This document shows positions 9,713 through 19,751 of a DNA stretch of 64,000 bases, in pieces. This DNA comes from Chitinophagales bacterium. GTDB lineage: Bacteria; Bacteroidota; Bacteroidia; Chitinophagales; JADIYW01. Position 1 is the stretch's first letter, and every line of letters starts with the position of its first letter. Under the pieces are notes generated by a model. That model saw only the letters and a list, made by a program, of their open reading frames with translations, searched no databases and had not been told where the DNA came from. The position numbers were made by a program, and so were the translations under genes. The stretch is taken from assembly GCA_017984135.1 (NCBI GenBank), contig JAGNZZ010000001.1:185832-249831 (forward strand). The letters run 5' to 3'.

Positions 9713-10936
9713 TTAAATGCAGTTTTTTTGTGCAATATTATTTCCTGCTATAAATCCCGTTGTCCATGCTGCTTGAAAATTAAATCCACCGGTAACAGCA
9801 TCTATATTTAAGGTTTCGCCGGCAAAAAATAAATTAGGAATTATTTTACTTTGCATGGTTTTAAAATCTACTTCACGAAGGTCAATGCCGCCGGCAGTAA
9901 CAAACTCATCTTTATTTGTATTTTTTGAAATTACCTCAAACGCTGTTTTGGTTAAGGTTTGCGCAATATTTTGTATATCATTTTTACTTAAATCTGCCAC
10001 TATTTTATTCGTTTTAATCCCATTTATTTCCAATACTTTTAACCAAAATCGATGTGGTAAATCAAAAGGAGAGAAGTTGCTCATTTGTTTTTTGGCTTGC
10101 GTGTTTTTTTCCTCTTTTAATAGATGTAAAGCCTGTTCCTGGCTATAATTTATCCAATTGATGTATAGCGTAAACTTGTAATTTTTTGCATATAGTTCTC
10201 TGGCTGCAAATGCAGATAACTTCAAAATTGCAGGACCACTTAATCCAACATGTGTAATCAAAATGGCTCCATTGATTTTTAATTTTGAATCCATTAAACT
10301 ACTTTCTATAGATGGGAATGAGATGCCTTCTAAATTTTTTATTAATTCGTGCTGCGTAGTAAATGTAAATAAAGATGGAACCGGAGCAATTATAGAATGG
10401 CCTAATTGTTGCATTATTTTCCACATAGTAGCATTGTTTCCGGATGCTAATAAGACGTAATCGGCTTCAATATTTTTGTCATTATAATAAATACGAAATA
10501 ACTCGCTTTTTTCAACTTTTAAAACCTTACTTTGCTTTATAATTTTTATACCATATTTATTTGCTTCTGACGTTAGGCAATCAATAATTGTTTGAGACGA
10601 ATTACTAACTGGAAATATTCTACCATCAGCTTCTGTTTTTAACTCAATATTTCGATGCTCAAACCATTCGATAGTATGTGTGCAATTGAATGTATAAAAT
10701 GGCGACAACAATTCTTTACTTCCACGAGGATAGTATTTAATAAGTTCTTTTGCTTCGTAACAAGCATGTGTTACATTACATCTTCCTCCACCAGAAATAC
10801 GTACTTTTTCCAGCACATCATTGCCTTGTTCTAAAATAATGATTTCTAAATTAATGCTTAATGTTGCTGCTTGTATGGCTGCAAAAAAACCTGCTGCTCC
10901 ACCACCAATTATTACTAATCTTTTAGCTTGTTGCAT
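9713..10936 (-). CDS. HI0933/YhiN-family NAD(P)/FAD-dependent flavoprotein (BaiN-like)
   Basis: 407-aa ORF with the VIIGGGAAGFFAA dinucleotide fold, the GGGRCNVTH signature, and C-terminal GGFNFQAAWTTG. Confidence 0.85.
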   Translation of the reverse strand: MQQAKRLVIIGGGAAGFFAAIQAATLSINLEIIILEQGNDVLEKVRISGGGRCNVTHACYEAKELIKYYPRGSKELLSPFYTFNCTHTIEWFEHRNIELKTEADGRIFPVSNSSQTIIDCLTSEANKYGIKIIKQSKVLKVEKSELFRIYYNDKNIEADYVLLASGNNATMWKIMQQLGHSIIAPVPSLFTFTTQHELIKNLEGISFPSIESSLMDSKLKINGAILITHVGLSGPAILKLSAFAARELYAKNYKFTLYINWINYSQEQALHLLKEEKNTQAKKQMSNFSPFDLPHRFWLKVLEINGIKTNKIVADLSKNDIQNIAQTLTKTAFEVISKNTNKDEFVTAGGIDLREVDFKTMQSKIIPNLFFAGETLNIDAVTGGFNFQAAWTTGFIAGNNIAQKNCI

Positions 10937-10943
10937 ATAAATG

Positions 10944-10951
10944 CAAATGTA
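10944..10951 (-). promoter_or_regulatory. Candidate -7 box TACATTTG (minus strand), only 7 nt from the start codon of the flavoprotein gene
   Basis: Plus strand CAAATGTA is the reverse complement of TAnnTTTG. The ATG (complement) is at 10934-10936. Confidence 0.4.
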
Positions 10952-11133
10952 AATAATTTGATTAAATAAGATAGTGTTTAAATGCCTATCCTACACATTT
11001 TTTCTGTAAGAAATTGGTATGTTATTTTTACCCAACGATATTTGGTTAATATCTATTTAAACAAGCCATTAAACTACTGACATAATGTGGATATCTAGGC
11101 ATATTAATACGCTATTAAACGAGCCTAATATGG

Positions 11134-11141
11134 TATCTTTG
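11134..11141 (+). promoter_or_regulatory. Candidate -7 box TATCTTTG upstream of gyrA
   Basis: Matches TAnnTTTG, 21 nt before the gyrA ATG at 11163. Confidence 0.45.
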
Positions 11142-11162
11142 TGGTACGAAAATTAAAACTAA

Positions 11163-13742
11163 ATGTCAGACGAATTAGAAGAAAAACAACACGACAAAAT
11201 TATTCCAATTAACATTGAAGATGAAATGAAAGCAGCCTACATCGATTACTCGATGTCGGTTATCGTTTCACGTGCCTTGCCAGATGTCCGAGATGGATTA
11301 AAACCCGTTCATAGACGCGTTTTATTCGGCATGAATGAATTGGGCATGACTTCCAACAAACCTTATAAAAAATCAGCTCGTATCGTCGGTGAAGTATTGG
11401 GTAAATACCATCCACATGGCGATAGTTCCGTTTATGACACTATGGTACGTATGGCACAACCATGGTCATTGCGTTATATTTTAATTGATGGACAAGGTAA
11501 CTTTGGTTCTATCGATGGTGATTCTCCGGCTGCTATGCGTTATACAGAAGCACGTTTGAAAAAAATAGCCGAAGAAATGTTGGAAGATTTAGACAAAGAA
11601 ACGGTCGATTTTCAGCTTAATTTTGATGATTCACTAGAAGAACCAACTGTTTTACCTACAAAAGTACCTCAGCTATTAATCAATGGTGCTTCAGGAATTG
11701 CTGTTGGGATGGCTACTAATATGTTACCACATAACTTATCAGAAGTGATTGATGGTATTAACGCATACATTGAAAATAAAGACATTACAATAGATGAATT
11801 AATTCAACATGTGAAAGCGCCTGATTTTCCAACAGGTGGATTGATTTATGGTTATGAAGGTGTGAAAGAAGCTTTCAAAACAGGTCGAGGCAAAATTCGT
11901 GTAAGAGGTAAAGCACGCATTGAAGAAAATAAAGAAGGTCGTACTCAAATTATCATTTCAGAAGTGCCTTACCAAGTGCAACCTAAAATGATTACGACAC
12001 GTGCCTCTGAATTGGTCAATGAGAAAAAAATTGATGGCATTGCTGAAATTCGCGATGAATCGGATAGAGATGGATTGCGTGTGGTTTTTGACTTAAAAAG
12101 AGATGCAATTCCAAATGTTGTATTGAATAATTTATATCAACATACACCATTGCAAACCAGCTTTGGCGTAAACAATATTGCCTTGGTGAAAGGTCGCCCT
12201 CAAATATTGAATCTAAAAGAAATGATTCAATATTTCGTGGAATTTAGATTAGAAGTCGTGACTCGAAGAACTCAATTCGAATTGCGCAAAGCCGAAGAAC
12301 GCTTACATATTTTAGAAGGATATTTAATTGCACTAGATGCATTAGATGAGGTGATTAAATTAATTCGGTCTTCTAAAAATCCTGAAGCAGCTAAAGATGG
12401 TTTGATGGCAAATTTTGGCATGTCTGAAATTCAGGCAAAAGCTGTTTTGGCTTTAACCTTACAACGCTTAACGGGCCTTGAAATAGATAAAATAAAAGCT
12501 GAACACAAAGAAATTTCAGAATTAATCGCCCATTTAAAAGAAATATTAGCCAATGAACATTTACGCTTTGATATCATTAAAAATGAATTGGCCGATATAA
12601 AGAAAAAATATGGAGATGCTCGTCGATCAGAAATAATATTATATGGTGATGATATTTCGTATGAAGATATGATTGCAGAAGAAGATGTAGTAGTTACTAT
12701 TTCTCATTTAGGCTATATAAAACGAACATCTTTAACTGAATATAAAACACAAAATAGAGGTGGAAAAGGCTCACAAGGTGGAAAAACACGTGATGAAGAT
12801 TTTATTGAACATCTATTTGTTGCCTCTACACATAACTATCTATTATTGTTTACAGAGCAAGGAAAGTGTTATTGGTTAAAAGTATATGAAATACCAGTAG
12901 GCAATAAAACTTCCAAAGGAAGACCTATTCAAAATATTATAAACATAGCACAAGACGATAAAATAAAAGCGTTCATTAATGTAGCTAATTTGAAAGATGA
13001 GACATTCTTGGAAACACATTTTATTGTGATGGCCACCAAACGCGGAACCGTGAAAAAAACATCGATTCGCGAATATTCACGACCTCGTTCCAATGGTGTT
13101 AATGCCATTACGGTTCGAGAAGGAGACGAGCTGATTACCGCAGCCTTAACCAACGGAAAATGTGAAATTATTTTAGGTTCTAAAAAAGGATATGCTGTTC
13201 GTTTTAATGAAATGGATGTTCGTTCAATTGGCAGAACCGGTTCTGGTGTTCGAGGTATCACTCTGCGTGGTGATGAAGATGAGTTAATTGGCATGGTTTG
13301 TGCAGATACAACATCTGAAAACAAAGATGATATCATGGTGGTTTCAGAAAATGGCTATGGAAAACGTTCTGCATTAGACGATTATAGAATTACTTCTAGA
13401 GGTGGTAAAGGCGTGATTTCATTAAACGTAACCGATAAAACAGGTAACATGATTGCCATCGATTCTGTAACCGATGATAATGACTTAATGATTATCAATA
13501 AATCTGGCTTAACCATTCGCATTAGCTTGAGTTCGTTAAGAACCATGGGCAGAAATACACAAGGTGTTAGTTTAATAAAATTAAAGGACAACGATGCCAT
13601 CGCTGCCGTTTCAAAAATAGATCACGAAGAAGATGAAGAAATAGAAACTATCCAAGATGCAGTGGTGAACGAGGATTCAACAACTACCCAAAATAATTCA
13701 GAAGATAACACAACTATTGATGAACCAAAAAATGAAGTATAA
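11163..13742 (+). CDS. gyrA: DNA gyrase subunit A
   Basis: 859-aa ORF with DGLKPVHRR, the [10 protein letters not shown] active-site Tyr motif, a [17 protein letters not shown]-like region, C-terminal beta-pinwheel repeats and an acidic tail. Confidence 0.97.
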   Translation: MSDELEEKQHDKIIPINIEDEMKAAYIDYSMSVIVSRALPDVRDGLKPVHRRVLFGMNELGMTSNKPYKKSARIVGEVLGKYHPHGDSSVYDTMVRMAQPWSLRYILIDGQGNFGSIDGDSPAAMRYTEARLKKIAEEMLEDLDKETVDFQLNFDDSLEEPTVLPTKVPQLLINGASGIAVGMATNMLPHNLSEVIDGINAYIENKDITIDELIQHVKAPDFPTGGLIYGYEGVKEAFKTGRGKIRVRGKARIEENKEGRTQIIISEVPYQVQPKMITTRASELVNEKKIDGIAEIRDESDRDGLRVVFDLKRDAIPNVVLNNLYQHTPLQTSFGVNNIALVKGRPQILNLKEMIQYFVEFRLEVVTRRTQFELRKAEERLHILEGYLIALDALDEVIKLIRSSKNPEAAKDGLMANFGMSEIQAKAVLALTLQRLTGLEIDKIKAEHKEISELIAHLKEILANEHLRFDIIKNELADIKKKYGDARRSEIILYGDDISYEDMIAEEDVVVTISHLGYIKRTSLTEYKTQNRGGKGSQGGKTRDEDFIEHLFVASTHNYLLLFTEQGKCYWLKVYEIPVGNKTSKGRPIQNIINIAQDDKIKAFINVANLKDETFLETHFIVMATKRGTVKKTSIREYSRPRSNGVNAITVREGDELITAALTNGKCEIILGSKKGYAVRFNEMDVRSIGRTGSGVRGITLRGDEDELIGMVCADTTSENKDDIMVVSENGYGKRSALDDYRITSRGGKGVISLNVTDKTGNMIAIDSVTDDNDLMIINKSGLTIRISLSSLRTMGRNTQGVSLIKLKDNDAIAAVSKIDHEEDEEIETIQDAVVNEDSTTTQNNSEDNTTIDEPKNEV

Positions 13743-13743
13743 T

Positions 13744-14901
13744 ATGAAAACTATACATTTAACAATCGCTTTTATTGGTGCATTATTGATGATGCAACCG
13801 ACATTTGCCCAAAAAGGTAAAATTGTAGATGCTCAACTTTCCATGCAAGCCGGAAAAATTTTAGATGCTAAAAAATCGATTGATGAAGCTTTAGCAGATG
13901 CTGAAATTCAAAAACGAGTGGATGCGTGGTCAACGAAAGGTGATGTCTATAAACAAATTTATGAAGGTAAATTGTATTACGCCCAAAATCCAAATTGCTT
14001 GTTTGACGCAAAAGATGCTTATTTTAAATCCTATGAATTGGAATTAAATCCTAAAAAACAAAAAAAGAATTTTCCAAGTTTAGAAATGTTATACAGCTAT
14101 TTGTTTAACGAAGGATTTGAACGATTTAATTCTAAAAAATACGATGATGCATTTAAACATTTCAAAGCAAGTCAGGAAGTAGATGAATTTTTAGTATCTA
14201 AGCAATATAAAGCATCATTAGATACCAATAATATTTTTGCTGCCGGAATTGCGGCTACTAATGCTAGTAATTTAGATGTGGCTCAACCTTATCTAAAAAG
14301 ATTAGTAGAAATGAATTACGACAATCCTTCAATTTATGAAACATTAGCGCAGATATACGATAATAAAAAACAATTAGAAGATTTAAAAAATATTGTTTCC
14401 AAAGGCTTAGCAAAATATCCTACTAATAAAAATTTACAAGTATATGAGTTAAATTCAGCATTAGATGCCGGCGATGTGGCACAGTCTATTGCTAAGTTTG
14501 AAGCAGCTGTAGCCAACGATCCTAAAAATGCATCTATTGTATTTAATTTAGCTGTTTTATATGATAAAAATAATGAAACGGAAAAGGCTAAAGAGACATA
14601 CGATAAAGCCATTGCAATCAATCCAAAATATGGAGATGCATATTTTAATATGGGTGTTATGTATTTTAATAAAGGTGTTGAAGTCAATAAAAACATGAAT
14701 GCGATTGATGATAAAGAAGATCCATTAGGAAAAAAATACAATGAACTAAAAGTACAACGCGATGACTTATTTAAAAAAGCATTGCCTTATTTAGAAAAGG
14801 CGTATGAAATTGATCCAGCAAACGTTGATTACAAGTCCAATTTGAAAAAAGTGTATGCGAGCATGAATATGCTAGATAAAGCAAAAGCATTAGGTAATTA
14901 A
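13744..14901 (+). CDS. Secreted tetratricopeptide-repeat protein
   Basis: Start chosen at MKTIHLTIAFIGALLMMQPTFAQ (signal peptide), 1 nt after the gyrA stop. TPR-like repeats include AIAINPKYGDAYFNMGVMYF and YLEKAYEIDPAN. Confidence 0.7.
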   Translation: MKTIHLTIAFIGALLMMQPTFAQKGKIVDAQLSMQAGKILDAKKSIDEALADAEIQKRVDAWSTKGDVYKQIYEGKLYYAQNPNCLFDAKDAYFKSYELELNPKKQKKNFPSLEMLYSYLFNEGFERFNSKKYDDAFKHFKASQEVDEFLVSKQYKASLDTNNIFAAGIAATNASNLDVAQPYLKRLVEMNYDNPSIYETLAQIYDNKKQLEDLKNIVSKGLAKYPTNKNLQVYELNSALDAGDVAQSIAKFEAAVANDPKNASIVFNLAVLYDKNNETEKAKETYDKAIAINPKYGDAYFNMGVMYFNKGVEVNKNMNAIDDKEDPLGKKYNELKVQRDDLFKKALPYLEKAYEIDPANVDYKSNLKKVYASMNMLDKAKALGN

Positions 14902-14925
14902 TTTTTAAAAAATAAACCTTATTAT

Positions 14926-14954
14926 AATCCGAGTTTTTACTCGGATTTTTTTTT
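14926..14954 (+). terminator. Intrinsic terminator after the TPR gene
   Basis: Stem AATCCGAGT / ACTCGGATT, loop TTTT, then a T8 run. Confidence 0.8.
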
Positions 14955-15297
14955 ATAAAAAGTCAAACTACTTATTTGTCAATACTTGATTTGATTATAA
15001 TTTAAAAGTAAAACATTTTCAAAATAAATATTGAGATGTAAGCATACTTTGGCATTACCTTAAATGAGGTAATCTGTACACATATTTTGTTTTTATCATC
15101 TAAACAAATTATGTTTAAATTATTCCCATTTAATTTTTTAAACTTCAAATAGCCTTATTTTACTATTGGTTTTAAAAGTAAATTATTTTCATTTAATTAT
15201 TTGTACTTCATATTTGGTTGCTGAGGACACCAACCAATAAGCATGAGTATGGCAAACGAAAGATCTCTTTTTAGTCTAAAATGTAGCGATTGTTACA

Positions 15298-17832
15298 CTA
15301 CCATGTAATATTCAATTTTACATTAAACCTACGGGAAGTAAGGTAGTTGGGAACTGCCCACAAATTATTTTCATAATCTTTTATCCAACGGTAGGAAAGT
15401 GTATTGCGAATGCCTAAGATATTGAATACTTCAAAGCTCGCCCAAATATTTTCAAACTTACTGCCAAAGCTACTTGGCTTTTTTATACCACGTTTATCAC
15501 CATTTAATAATAATGCAGAAAAACCAATATCTAAACGGCGATATGGTGGCATTTTAAATACATCTTTATATCTGTTTTTATCAGGTGGACCAAAAGGCAA
15601 TCCGGTGCCAATAACAAGATTTAAATGCACTTTAAAGCGTTTATATTTTTCCAAATAATCTTGAAAATAAAAGCTAACAAAAAAGGATTGATCCGTTGGT
15701 CGTCGAATATATCCTGGATGAACAATAGATGAATCTACAGCTACTTGATCGGATACAGAAGGAGTGATAACGATGCCATCTTTATTTTTATATTGAACAA
15801 AATAATCGTCTAAAATATCTTCTTTGGTATTTAAATAAGATAATGTAATCCATGAATCAATGCCTTTTATCATTTCACCAAACAAACGAACATCTACGCC
15901 AGTAGCATAACCTTTAGCATGGTTGTTAGCAAAATATCGAATACGCACATCTTCAATTTCATAAGGATTTACGTTGCGTAAATGTTTGTAGTAGGCTTCG
16001 GCGGTAAGTTTAAATGGACGTTTTTTTATTTTAAAATTATAATCGGCACCAATTACTACATGGTAGGATTGTTGTGCTTTTATATTTTTATGTATATTTC
16101 CGTCAAATCCACGAATATCTCTATAAAAAGGTGGTTGCACATACATGCCACCTGTAAATCTAAAGGTAACATCACTTTTTAAATGTGGATGATAAAAAAG
16201 TTGCAAACGTGGACTTACAAGAAATTCTTTGTTTACACTCCAATAAGTATAACGCAAACCACCAATGATTGTTAGTGTTGATGAGTCTTTTAATAATTTA
16301 CTCCATGTGTTTTGAAAATAGCCATGTGTTCTAAAAGAACTTAAATTATTTTTTGATTTTAAACGATATGGAAAACTAACATTATTGCCTGAATATGGAA
16401 TTGAATAGCCTGCAGAATCTAAGCGTTGCCATTCACTAATTTCATCGTTTATTTGTTCGTATTGAAAAGTAGCACCCCATTCTAATAAATGTTTATTTTT
16501 AATGTTATATTTTCCATGATGTACAAAATTAGCCACTGTGGCATTTAAGGTGTTTCTTGCCCAATTTTGAAAAGCACCGATTCCTAAATTTTTTCTTACA
16601 TTTCCAAAATTATCGCTGGATGGATCAATTTCTATTTCATCTAAAGAATAATATCCGGTGATATTAAAGGTTTCTTTTTCACGCATTTTCCAGAAAGCAG
16701 TTAAAAATTTCAAACTTAAATTGGTATTGGGTAAAAATTTATACGCAATACCAACCATCGTGTTTTGAAATTTGTCTTTTTCGTTGCCTTCATAATCTAC
16801 CAAAAATCGAATAAGTTGATCAAAAGTTCCGGCTCGTGTTTCTTCTGTAACGGGTACAAATTTAAAATCATTAAAGGAATGATTAACTAATATTTCTATA
16901 TCGTGTTTGATAGATGGTTTGATATGGAAATCGGCTTGTACATCAAAATAATTGGGATTGTATTCCCCTTTTTTATCTAAGCTTCCTAATAAATATCCGT
17001 TTGATTTGTAACGCATGCCTACTAAATACGTAAATTTGGCATTGTCTTTTGCCGTATCTTTTTGGGTGTAGGCTGCACCTTCTACATGTGCATTTACACC
17101 TAAGATGCTTGCCATAAATGAGCCTTTAAATGTTTTAGGCGTTTTATATTTTATATCTAATACAGAAGACATTTTGTCGCCATATTTGGATTCAAATCCG
17201 CCACCGGAAAAGGATAGCTTGTCTGTTAAATCTAAATTGGTAAAACTTAAGCCTTCTTGTTGTCCGCTGGAAGTAAGAAAAGGACGATAGATTTCAAAAT
17301 CGTTTACATAGACTAAATTCTCATCATAATTTCCACCACGAACACTGTATTGACCGGAAAGTTCATTGTTGGATTGTACACCTTGTCCTAATGTTTTTAC
17401 CACAGTTCCTACATCACCAGTTGGATTTGGAAAGTATTCTGCATCTTTTCCTTTGATAATAGATGTTCCTACTTTATCGGATTTAGTAGCTGTGATATTT
17501 ACATTTTCAATGGTATTTTCATTAAGGATTAATTCAATATCTTTAAAAAGTTTCATTTTATTAGTAGAATAAAAAGTCATTCTTTTTTTTTCATAAGCAA
17601 GATTACTATATTCTAAAACACATGAATCATCATATTCTACATCAATTGAATAAATACCTTTATTATTGGTGATGGTGGCATTATTGGTTCCTACTTGAAT
17701 TACAGACACATTGGCAATTCCTTGATTTTTTACATCCGCAATTTTACCGGAAATAACTACTGAATTTTGTGCTATGCAAAAATCACATACTAAAATAAAA
17801 AGGAGAGTAGTGATGTGTTTTTTTTGCATCAT
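15298..17832 (-). CDS. TonB-dependent outer-membrane receptor with N-terminal carboxypeptidase-regulatory-like domain
   Basis: 844-aa ORF with a signal peptide, an ISGKIADVKNQGIANVSV...NNKGIYSI CarbopepD_reg-like domain, then a plug and beta-barrel, ending in an aromatic residue (ITW). Confidence 0.8.
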   Translation of the reverse strand: MMQKKHITTLLFILVCDFCIAQNSVVISGKIADVKNQGIANVSVIQVGTNNATITNNKGIYSIDVEYDDSCVLEYSNLAYEKKRMTFYSTNKMKLFKDIELILNENTIENVNITATKSDKVGTSIIKGKDAEYFPNPTGDVGTVVKTLGQGVQSNNELSGQYSVRGGNYDENLVYVNDFEIYRPFLTSSGQQEGLSFTNLDLTDKLSFSGGGFESKYGDKMSSVLDIKYKTPKTFKGSFMASILGVNAHVEGAAYTQKDTAKDNAKFTYLVGMRYKSNGYLLGSLDKKGEYNPNYFDVQADFHIKPSIKHDIEILVNHSFNDFKFVPVTEETRAGTFDQLIRFLVDYEGNEKDKFQNTMVGIAYKFLPNTNLSLKFLTAFWKMREKETFNITGYYSLDEIEIDPSSDNFGNVRKNLGIGAFQNWARNTLNATVANFVHHGKYNIKNKHLLEWGATFQYEQINDEISEWQRLDSAGYSIPYSGNNVSFPYRLKSKNNLSSFRTHGYFQNTWSKLLKDSSTLTIIGGLRYTYWSVNKEFLVSPRLQLFYHPHLKSDVTFRFTGGMYVQPPFYRDIRGFDGNIHKNIKAQQSYHVVIGADYNFKIKKRPFKLTAEAYYKHLRNVNPYEIEDVRIRYFANNHAKGYATGVDVRLFGEMIKGIDSWITLSYLNTKEDILDDYFVQYKNKDGIVITPSVSDQVAVDSSIVHPGYIRRPTDQSFFVSFYFQDYLEKYKRFKVHLNLVIGTGLPFGPPDKNRYKDVFKMPPYRRLDIGFSALLLNGDKRGIKKPSSFGSKFENIWASFEVFNILGIRNTLSYRWIKDYENNLWAVPNYLTSRRFNVKLNITW

Positions 17833-17910
17833 ATATTAAACGAAAAAAATGAAAATCTATTTCAAGGTTTAAGCAACTAAAAATAAGTAAATAATTTCTA
17901 TAAAATGAGT

Positions 17911-18564
17911 TTAAATTGATTTTAGTTGCTGTATAGTTTGTATAGGATTAGGAGAATTGAAAACGGTATTTCCGGCAACTAATATGTCTGCTCCATGATC
18001 AACTAATTTTTTAGCATTATCTAACGTTACACCACCATCGATTTCTATTAATGTTTGCGCATTATTTTTTAAAATTAAATTTTTTAAACGGGCTACTTTT
18101 TCGTAGGTATTTTCAATAAATTTTTGACCACCAAATCCAGGATTTACGCTCATGACACAAACTAAATCGATGTCAGAAATTACATCTTCTAACAATGAAA
18201 TATTGGTATGTGGATTAATAGCAACACCAGCTTTCATTCCTATAGATTTTATTTTTTGTATAGAGCGATGTAAATGTGTGCTAGCTTCTAAATGAACGGT
18301 TAAAATATCAGCACCTGCTTCTTTAAATGCATCAATATATTTATCAGGTTCTACTATCATTAAATGCACATCGAATGTTTTAGCACTTAGCTTTCGCATG
18401 GCTTTAATTATAGGCAATCCGAAAGAGATATTAGGCACAAAAACACCATCCATCACATCAATATGAATATAGGTTGCTTCGCTTTGATTAAGCATTTCAA
18501 AATCAGCTTGAAGATGGGCAAAATTTGCCGACAATACAGATGGTGCAATGATAGGTTGGTTCAT
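17911..18564 (-). CDS. rpe: Ribulose-phosphate 3-epimerase
   Basis: 217-aa ORF with HIDVMDG, MSVNPGFGGQKF and IEIDGG motifs. Confidence 0.95.
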   Translation of the reverse strand: MNQPIIAPSVLSANFAHLQADFEMLNQSEATYIHIDVMDGVFVPNISFGLPIIKAMRKLSAKTFDVHLMIVEPDKYIDAFKEAGADILTVHLEASTHLHRSIQKIKSIGMKAGVAINPHTNISLLEDVISDIDLVCVMSVNPGFGGQKFIENTYEKVARLKNLILKNNAQTLIEIDGGVTLDNAKKLVDHGADILVAGNTVFNSPNPIQTIQQLKSI

Positions 18565-18654
18565 TTGTGTAAAGATAAAAGGAATTTATCAAATCTTATT
18601 TGGTAATCAAAAAAGATTAAATTATTAGTAAAGAATAAAACTCTAAAATTGTAT

Positions 18655-19521
18655 CTAATTTAAATACGATTTTAATTCTTTGGTAATGGCAAATCTTCTC
18701 ATTTTTCGAATGGCTTTGTCTTTAACTTGGCGAACACGTTCGCGTGTAAGATGCATTTTGATACCAATTTCATCTAAACTATAAGATTGACTAAACTCAT
18801 TGATTCCAAAATAATAACGAACGATTTCTGCTTCACGTTCTGAAAGTGCATGTAAGGCATGCTCGAGTTCATCGTGTAAAGATTCATCAATTAGCAAACT
18901 GTCAGGTGTAGAGATAGAATTATCACTCATTAAATCCAAGCTAGTAGTATCATCATCTTCGCCAATTGGAGTATCAATAGAAAGATGAAAGGTAAGCGTT
19001 GCTCTTAAGGTGGCTAATTCATCTGGTTTCATTTCTAATAACTCTGCAAGTTCATCATTGGATGGTTCGCGTTGGTTATTTTGTTCAAATTCAACAATGG
19101 TGCGTTGAATTTTATTATAGATAGTGGCTTTGTTCATTGGTAATCGAACTACACGTGGTTGTTCAATCAGCGCTTGTAAAATGGATTGACGAATCCACCA
19201 AACAGCATAGGAAATAAATTTAAAACCTTTGGTTTCGTCGAACTTGGTGGCTGCTTTTATTAAACCTACATTTCCTTCATTGATTAAATCATTTAAGGCT
19301 AATCCTTGGTTTTGGTATTGTTTTGCTACAGAAACTACAAAACGTAAATTAGAATTCACCAGCTTATCCAAAGCGGCAGCATCGCCTTGTTTAATTTTTT
19401 TAGCAGTTTCCACTTCTTCTTCCTCTGAAAGCATGGGAAGTTTGGAAATTTCACTTAAATACTTATCTATCGAGAAGCTATCTCTCGATGTAATTTTGGT
19501 AGTAATTTTTAATTGCTTCAT
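18655..19521 (-). CDS. rpoD: Primary RNA polymerase sigma factor (sigma-70 family, Bacteroidota sigma-A type)
   Basis: 288-aa ORF with NLRFVVSVAKQY (region 2.1/2.2), YAVWWIRQSI (2.3/2.4) and LTRERVRQVKDKAIRKMR (4.2). The short form without a long region 1.1 is typical of Bacteroidota. Confidence 0.93.
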   Translation of the reverse strand: MKQLKITTKITSRDSFSIDKYLSEISKLPMLSEEEEVETAKKIKQGDAAALDKLVNSNLRFVVSVAKQYQNQGLALNDLINEGNVGLIKAATKFDETKGFKFISYAVWWIRQSILQALIEQPRVVRLPMNKATIYNKIQRTIVEFEQNNQREPSNDELAELLEMKPDELATLRATLTFHLSIDTPIGEDDDTTSLDLMSDNSISTPDSLLIDESLHDELEHALHALSEREAEIVRYYFGINEFSQSYSLDEIGIKMHLTRERVRQVKDKAIRKMRRFAITKELKSYLN

Positions 19522-19687
19522 GTGTATTTAGTGTTAGGTTAAAAAATTCACATGCTACAAAACAACTTAATTAAAAAAAATGGAATGATTTTTTGTAAAA
19601 AATTTGTCATAAGCAGCATAATAGTTCATCTCAATATACGACTATTGTTAAAAAAATGTTACAAAAATGAAATATTTTTTTTCAAAT

Positions 19688-19695
19688 CAAAGATA
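19688..19695 (-). promoter_or_regulatory. Candidate -7 box TATCTTTG (minus strand) upstream of rpoD
   Basis: Plus strand CAAAGATA, about 165 nt upstream of the rpoD start and just downstream of the pnp terminator. Confidence 0.35.
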
Positions 19696-19701
19696 GAAAA
19701 T

Positions 19702-19726
19702 AAAAAAGTCGGCAAAAAATGCCGAC
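19702..19726 (-). terminator. Intrinsic terminator after pnp
   Basis: Stem GTCGGCA / TGCCGAC with a 5-nt loop. On the minus strand it is followed by a T6 run. Confidence 0.75.
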
Positions 19727-19751
19727 TAATATACCATGTGACATGGTTATT

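Noticed and set aside
11086-11094. DnaA-box-like 9-mers outside the 43.5-kb cluster. These include TGTGGATAT upstream of gyrA, TGTGGATTA at 22297-22305, and single one-mismatch boxes inside coding regions (for example 16184, 35526, 40089, 50601).
   Set aside because: They are isolated one-mismatch matches at roughly the frequency expected by chance in 128 kb of two-strand sequence. None is perfect and none is clustered.
14925-14938. An identical 14-mer, taatccgagttttt, at 14925-14938 (terminator stem) and 21948-21961 (inside rpsO).
   Set aside because: The flanks do not match. One copy is a terminator arm and the other codes for the conserved S15 C-terminus, so the match is most likely chance rather than a dispersed repeat.
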